DNA from: Candidatus Krumholzibacteriia bacterium
GTDB taxonomy: Bacteria; Krumholzibacteriota; Krumholzibacteriia; WVZY01
Direction of reading: 5' to 3'
Length of the DNA stretch: 19,263 nucleotides
Assembly: GCA_036478295.1 (NCBI GenBank)
Contig: JAZGDW010000220.1
Coordinates: forward strand, 1-19,263
The notes under the pieces were generated by a model. The model was given only the letters and a program-made list of their open reading frames with translations. It was not told the DNA's origin and did not search any database. The position numbers and the translations under genes are program-made. Each line of letters begins with the position of its first letter. The first letter of the stretch is position 1. Below are positions 14,285-19,263 of this stretch, one piece after another.

Positions 14285-15922
14285 ATGAATGCCCGGTTAT
14301 TGGCGCCCCTCGCCCTGATGCACGCGCTCCTGGTCACTGCACCGTCACCGGTGCTTTCGCAGGATCAGAATTGGGACAATCGCTTCGACGCCACCCTCGG
14401 TCTGAACCTGCCGGTCCACGCGATCGCGATTGACGGCGCGGACGTCTACGTCGGTGGATCGTTCACGACCGCCGGCGGCATGACCGTGAATCGGATCGCC
14501 AGATGGGACGGCTTTGCGTGGCAGACCCTCGGCCCGGGCCTGGCCGGTGACGTGAACGCCATCGCGGCGAGCGGCGGCACCGTCTACGTCGGCGGCGCGT
14601 TTACCACGATCTCAGGCGGCGGCGCTGCATTCCGCGTCGCCCGGTGGAACGGGAGCAGCTGGTCGGCGCTGGGTAGCGGTGTGAGCGACGTCGTCAATGC
14701 CATAGCGATCGACGGCGGTGACGTCTACGTGGGCGGCGCATTCACGGTGGCGGGAGGTGCCGGGGCACTGCGCATCGCGCGGTGGAATGGCAGCACCTGG
14801 TCGCCGCTGGGCAGTGGCGTGACCGACGTCGTCAATGCCATTGCGATCGACGGCGGTGACGTCTACGTGGGCGGCGCGTTTACGGTGGCGGGAGGTGCCG
14901 GGGCATTGCACATCGCGCGGTGGAATGGCAGCACCTGGTCGCCGCTGGGTAGCGGTGTGAGCGGCGGTGACGTCAATGCCATTGCGATCGACGGAGGTGA
15001 CGTCTACGTCGGCGGCGCGTTTACGCTGGCGGGAGGTGCCGGGGCACTGCGCATCGCGAGGTGGAATGGCAGCAGCTGGTCTCCGCTCGGCGGCGGCGTG
15101 GCGGGCGGCAACGTCAACGCAATTGCCGTCGGCGGAGGTAACGTCTTTGCCGGTGGGACATTCACGACGGCGGGCGGCGCCGGGGCATTCCGCATCGCCC
15201 AGTGGAACGGGGGCGCGTGGATGAACCTGGCAAGCGGCGTCAGCTCCGAAGTCCGGGCGGTTGGGGTCATCGGCTTGAACGTCTTCGTCGGTGGATCGTT
15301 CACCATCGCCGGGTTGAAGACGTCGCTGCGCTTTGCCAGGTGGAATGAAACCATCACGCCGGTATTTATCCTGGGTTTCGACGCCAAGGAACACGCGAGC
15401 GGTCTCGAGTTGTCCTGGCGGATCTTTGCCGATGAGGCAATCAGCGGTTTTCGTATCTACAGGGGGGAAAACACCACCGGGCCACTCGACCTGGTAAACA
15501 CACGAAGCCTCATCCCGCGCGAGGAGAGATCGTTCCTCGATACGACGGTCAGCCCGGGCACAACGTACCGCTACACGCTTGCCGTCGTCAAACCGGATGG
15601 CTCCGAAATCAGCTCGGGTGAGATTACCGCCACAGCCTCGATACCGTTGCTCGTGCTCGAGCAAAGCTTTCCCAATCCGTTCAATCCGTCGACCACGATC
15701 AGGTTCGTCCTCGACCGGGATACCGAGGTGCGTCTTCGCATCTTCGATGTACGTGGCGGGCAAGTGATCACGCTGGTCGACGAACCGCTCACGCACGGAC
15801 CGCACGAATACCTGTGGGATGGCAGGAATGCCGCCGGCGCACGCGTCGGTTCAGGCGTGTATTTTTATGAGCTTCGCGCGGGCAAGCGGACGTTCACCCG
15901 TAAGATGGTACTCACGAAGTAA
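14285..15922 (+). CDS. Secreted 7-repeat Gly-rich beta-propeller protein with FN3-like domain and FlgD-Ig/T9SS-like C-terminal domain
   Basis: ATG at 14285 follows GGGAGG, and the signal peptide ends in VLS|Q. There are seven 46-47-aa repeats (VxAIAxxGxxVYVGGxFTxAGGxxAxRIARWNG). LELSWRI...GFRIYR...FLDTTVSPGTTYRYTL is FN3-like. The gene ends in FPNPFNPSTTIRF...WDG...GVYFYEL...RKMVLTK-stop. Confidence 0.88.
   Translation: MNARLLAPLALMHALLVTAPSPVLSQDQNWDNRFDATLGLNLPVHAIAIDGADVYVGGSFTTAGGMTVNRIARWDGFAWQTLGPGLAGDVNAIAASGGTVYVGGAFTTISGGGAAFRVARWNGSSWSALGSGVSDVVNAIAIDGGDVYVGGAFTVAGGAGALRIARWNGSTWSPLGSGVTDVVNAIAIDGGDVYVGGAFTVAGGAGALHIARWNGSTWSPLGSGVSGGDVNAIAIDGGDVYVGGAFTLAGGAGALRIARWNGSSWSPLGGGVAGGNVNAIAVGGGNVFAGGTFTTAGGAGAFRIAQWNGGAWMNLASGVSSEVRAVGVIGLNVFVGGSFTIAGLKTSLRFARWNETITPVFILGFDAKEHASGLELSWRIFADEAISGFRIYRGENTTGPLDLVNTRSLIPREERSFLDTTVSPGTTYRYTLAVVKPDGSEISSGEITATASIPLLVLEQSFPNPFNPSTTIRFVLDRDTEVRLRIFDVRGGQVITLVDEPLTHGPHEYLWDGRNAAGARVGSGVYFYELRAGKRTFTRKMVLTK
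14414..15349 (+). repeat. Intragenic tandem array of 138-141-bp repeats (propeller blades)
   Basis: The gtcaa(t/c)gc blade start recurs at 14693, 14831, 14972 and 15113. Blades 3-5 are nearly identical at the DNA level. Confidence 0.9.
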
Positions 15923-16070
15923 TTATCGAAACGGGGTCTACTTGCCACCTCGGGGAACGCCATATCCTGCGGCCGAAACCCGATACGACTACCGTCTTGC
16001 CGTCAAACGTGGTATGATTACTCCTCACACCTACACAACTGCCACAAACTCGGTTGCAAGGGGAGCCGTC

Positions 16071-19000
16071 ATGTTTGATCGTGGACATGTACCTCGCCAT
16101 TCGGGACTTGTTGTACTCCTGCTGATAATTGTAGCGATTGCGTCGATGGGGTGGGCGCGAAAGGTAGACGCACCCGCCAAGAAACCGAGAATGGTCGTTC
16201 CACCCAGCCTGCGCGACGACCGCCCGCTCGGTTACGTGCAGCCATCGCTGGCCGCCCCCAGCGACACGTTCATTCTTGGCGAGTTCACGTTCAATCCGGG
16301 GGGAGCACCGGATCCGCAGGGGTGGATCAGTGTGGATCAAACCGCCCAGATCGATACGTTTTTTCATGTCGATGACTTCGCAGGTCTGGGAGGGGGCACA
16401 TCCGGATTTCTTGTCCCGCTGGAGGGGAACCAGTCCTTCTGGTGCGGGCAACGGCCCACCACGGGGGCGCCGTTCTGTAACTATGCCACGCTCCCCGGGT
16501 ATGGCAACAACTGGTCGCAGCGGCTCGAGTCCGTCGCGTTTGCCACAACCGGCGATGTGACGCTGAGCTACCATATACTGTACGAGACCGAACCGGGCTA
16601 CGACGAAGTCTTTGTCGAATACCTGACCAAGAGCGGAAACTGGCAGACGGAGAAGCAATTCAGCGGTTACCGGGATTCTGTGGAGACGATTATCGTCCCA
16701 GCTGACAGCCTCGACGGAGAAATTCGGATTCGGTTCCGGTTCGTATCGAATGGAGCCTGGTCCGATGAAGACGGGTTGTGGGTCACGGACGGTGCGGTGA
16801 TTATCGACAGCATCACGGTGTCGGACGGAACTGGTATTATCGATTTTCAAGATTTTGAAACGGAGCTTGTGGGCGCCCGGAAGTCAGCGGACGGTAACTG
16901 GAGGGCATCGGTCCCGGCACCGTACGGGAATTTCTCGGGGCTGTTTTCCGGCCTGCAGGTGCTCCAGGAAGATCCCTGTGTTATGAACGTCACGACCCTC
17001 TGGGGATTCTTCAACGGATCGACGTACGACTATTCGTGCGGCGGCCATCCGGAACAGACCGCCATACCGTTCGGCGAAGACCGCGAGGGGACGACGAAGT
17101 ACCTCTGGAACGAGATCTGGTCGCCGCGGATCGATTTTACACAGGACAAGGACGGTACTCCCGTCCCCGCCTCGGCCGAAGAGGTGCTCTATGAGTTCGA
17201 TATCTATGGTGACATGCCCTTGGATAATCTGATCGGGTACAATATTCTCGTTCGGTCGTGGATCAGCGGTTGCCCGAGTAGGTGGAAGAATTTTTCTTCT
17301 TTCGATTTTGTGAACGAGAAGCTGTGGATTCACCAGAAATGGGACGTCGCTTCCCTCCTGGACCCGGGCACCGAAGAAATTCAGGTCGGCGTTATGGTTG
17401 TCGACACCTGCCCGTTCTGGTGCGGCATCTTTGGCAGCGGTAGCTGTCACTCCCACGGGCCTCTGTTCGACAACTTCAAGGTAAGCCGGATCGACCACAG
17501 TGGCCCGAGGTGGACTGTTCGGCCCATCGACCTGTTTCAGGACAACTTCGCTGCGGACGGAACGAAAACCGGCACCGTGCGGATGGATATCGCGAACGAT
17601 GTGGCGCCCAGCTCGAGTTCCACTAATGTTCCCGGGGATTCGGCGCAGGTCGATGTTTTCTCCAGTGCGGGACTGGACAACCATCTGCCCGGTGATCCGT
17701 CGAGCGGCCCCGCCGTGTACTGTCACGTCATGGACGTATCGGTTGCCAAATCGGGCGCCGCGATCTCCGGTGACCTGGGCCGATATCCCGTGGTGGGCAC
17801 TGCCGCGGGGTGGACGGTGCTCCGTTTTGACACGGTGAAGACCGCCGCCGGCGCTCCACTCCAGGATCGCTTCAACATCGATCTCAACGACAACCTCTAT
17901 ACGCCGGGTGACACGGTGTATTACTACTTCTCCGCCCGGGACATAAACAGTGTTACGACCTACTTCAGCCAGCTCGCCGGCGTAACCGACTCGGAAACCG
18001 AGGCCCGTGCGCTGGCCATGGAGATGACGTGTCTGCCCGCAAACGCGCTCGGCGGTCACACGGATATTCTATACGTCGACGACTACGATAACCGCGGCGC
18101 CCAGCCATTTTTCGACACTGCCTTTGAGGTGTTGGGTTTGACGCCAGACCGTTACGACGTGCTCGGTGCGAGTTCTCATGACGGTAACGGACCCGGGGGG
18201 CGAGTGGTGAACGTGCTCGAGCAACTCGTGGGGTGCTACCGAAAAATCATCTGGAACTCGGGAGACCTGACCCAGGGGCTGATCGGAGATGGGTCCCTCG
18301 GCTCAGGAGCAGAGAAAGCGGATGATTTTGGAATGTTGTTCCAGTTTCTTGACCTACACCCGAGTGGCGCGGGAGTGTACATTTCCGGTGACAACATCGC
18401 CGAGGAATGGGTAACGCTAGTCGGTGCCAGCGCAACAGGGCTGCAGAGCACCTACATGAACTTCAATCTCGTCGGTGGCGATCACATCGCGGCGGGCCAA
18501 CCGACGACACCGCTGGCGATCGGTCAGCCGGGTTCGTGTTTTGGTGATGGGCCCGACACATTGCTCGCCTACGGTGGGTGCCCCACGATCAATAATTTTG
18601 ACGTGTTGATACCAACGGGAGCGTCGCAGCTCGAGATGGCCTACTCGAACAACCTTGCACAGGGTGCGGTCATCTCGCAAATCACCGCCAACTCGGCGGG
18701 TGACACAGCACGCGTCCTTCTCTCCGGGTTCAGCTACCACGAGATTCGGGACGACAAGGTCCAGTTTCCACCGGACCGGGTCGAGCACCTGCTAGCCATC
18801 CTGAGGTGGCTCGATAACACCGTCAGCGATCCGACGGCGATAGGGGATGTGCCGCAATACGAGAGTACGCTGGCGCAGAATTACCCAAATCCGTTCAATC
18901 CGACCACGACGGTTCGTTACTCGGTTGGAGCGCGCGGACACGTGAGTCTGAGAATCTACAACGTCGCCGGGCAGCTGGTACGGACCCTTGTTGATGAAGA

Positions 19001-19142
19001 GAAGACGCCCCGCGGGGAAGGATTCACGGTCGTTTGGGACGGCCGCGATAACGGCGGGCAGTTCGTGTCCAGTGGGATATATTTCTACAGGCTCACGACG
19101 CCCACGTTCACCGACACCAAGAAAATGGTCATGCTCAAGTGA
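16071..19142 (+). CDS. Large (1023-aa) secreted multidomain protein of unknown function with C-terminal FlgD-Ig/T9SS-like domain
   Basis: ATG at 16071 follows AGGGGAG (the track start at 15819 overlaps the previous gene). The signal peptide reads ...LVVLLLIIVAIASMGWA. YETEPGYDEVFVEY...IRIRFRFVSNGAWSDEDG resembles the jelly-roll accessory module of immune-inhibitor-A/MAM-like proteins. An ILYVDD alpha/beta module follows. The C-terminus reads LAQNYPNPFNPTT...IYNVAGQLVRTL...WDG...SGIYFYRL...KKMVMLK-stop. Confidence 0.88.
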   Translation: MFDRGHVPRHSGLVVLLLIIVAIASMGWARKVDAPAKKPRMVVPPSLRDDRPLGYVQPSLAAPSDTFILGEFTFNPGGAPDPQGWISVDQTAQIDTFFHVDDFAGLGGGTSGFLVPLEGNQSFWCGQRPTTGAPFCNYATLPGYGNNWSQRLESVAFATTGDVTLSYHILYETEPGYDEVFVEYLTKSGNWQTEKQFSGYRDSVETIIVPADSLDGEIRIRFRFVSNGAWSDEDGLWVTDGAVIIDSITVSDGTGIIDFQDFETELVGARKSADGNWRASVPAPYGNFSGLFSGLQVLQEDPCVMNVTTLWGFFNGSTYDYSCGGHPEQTAIPFGEDREGTTKYLWNEIWSPRIDFTQDKDGTPVPASAEEVLYEFDIYGDMPLDNLIGYNILVRSWISGCPSRWKNFSSFDFVNEKLWIHQKWDVASLLDPGTEEIQVGVMVVDTCPFWCGIFGSGSCHSHGPLFDNFKVSRIDHSGPRWTVRPIDLFQDNFAADGTKTGTVRMDIANDVAPSSSSTNVPGDSAQVDVFSSAGLDNHLPGDPSSGPAVYCHVMDVSVAKSGAAISGDLGRYPVVGTAAGWTVLRFDTVKTAAGAPLQDRFNIDLNDNLYTPGDTVYYYFSARDINSVTTYFSQLAGVTDSETEARALAMEMTCLPANALGGHTDILYVDDYDNRGAQPFFDTAFEVLGLTPDRYDVLGASSHDGNGPGGRVVNVLEQLVGCYRKIIWNSGDLTQGLIGDGSLGSGAEKADDFGMLFQFLDLHPSGAGVYISGDNIAEEWVTLVGASATGLQSTYMNFNLVGGDHIAAGQPTTPLAIGQPGSCFGDGPDTLLAYGGCPTINNFDVLIPTGASQLEMAYSNNLAQGAVISQITANSAGDTARVLLSGFSYHEIRDDKVQFPPDRVEHLLAILRWLDNTVSDPTAIGDVPQYESTLAQNYPNPFNPTTTVRYSVGARGHVSLRIYNVAGQLVRTLVDEEKTPRGEGFTVVWDGRDNGGQFVSSGIYFYRLTTPTFTDTKKMVMLK

Positions 19143-19263
19143 CGCTATGGTGGTGGCGGTGTTCCAAGTCGGATTAGGTGGGCGGGCATGGGGGGTGTTA
19201 CCAGGCGAGTTACGCAGGCGCGCCACCAACATTGAGCTGGGCCAAAGAAATCGTGCGCCGCGG

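Noticed and set aside
14693..15250. Diversity-generating retroelement TR/VR pair
   Set aside because: The repeats are in-frame tandem blades whose differences are not adenine-specific, and no reverse transcriptase is present.
14612..15805. 397-aa antisense ORF, plus other long overlapping ORFs (3384..4292, 8761..9852, 16884..18059, 7192..8019, 11176..11973)
   Set aside because: These are shadow ORFs opposite well-supported genes. They are expected in GC-rich DNA and carry no family motifs.
15819..16070. N-terminal extension of the last ORF as given in the track
   Set aside because: It overlaps the previous gene. The ATG at 16071 has a good RBS and is followed by a signal peptide.
1..19142. 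Composite mobile element or genomic island bounded by the two paralogs
   Set aside because: The paralogs are strongly diverged at the DNA level, the interior is housekeeping genes, and there is no integrase, transposase or att/tRNA site.

Overview
GC-rich bacterial chromosomal segment with about 15 intact protein-coding genes. I saw no rRNA, tRNA, CRISPR array, transposase, integrase or phage gene. A core of housekeeping genes lies in alternating orientation: a fused LeuD-LeuC-type aconitase-family dehydratase, two SDRs, a threonine synthase-like PLP enzyme, a 59-aa DUF5989-like membrane peptide missed by the ORF track, CobO/BtuR, type II NADH dehydrogenase, NifS/IscS cysteine desulfurase, an EamA transporter, uridine kinase and MqnD. 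Four secreted-type proteins flank this core (one partial on the left, three in tandem on the right). All four end in the same ~85-90 aa FlgD-Ig/T9SS type A-like C-terminal domain (PNPF...WDG...G(V/I)YF...K-x-x-x-x-K-stop). The left partial gene is a clear diverged paralog of the last 1023-aa gene. This architecture and GC content suggest an FCB-superphylum candidate lineage such as Krumholzibacteriota/Latescibacterota/Eisenbacteria (inference only). The most notable points are: (1) the shared-CTD cargo family of unknown function; (2) a 7-blade propeller with near-identical internal blades; (3) the swivel-first aconitase fusion with altered motifs; (4) an orphan DUF5989 gene with its own promoter and terminator; (5) a palindromic 19-bp triple repeat nested in a 12-bp inverted repeat; (6) repeated short tandem duplications in both genes and spacers. 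I cannot demonstrate a complete novel system from this window alone.
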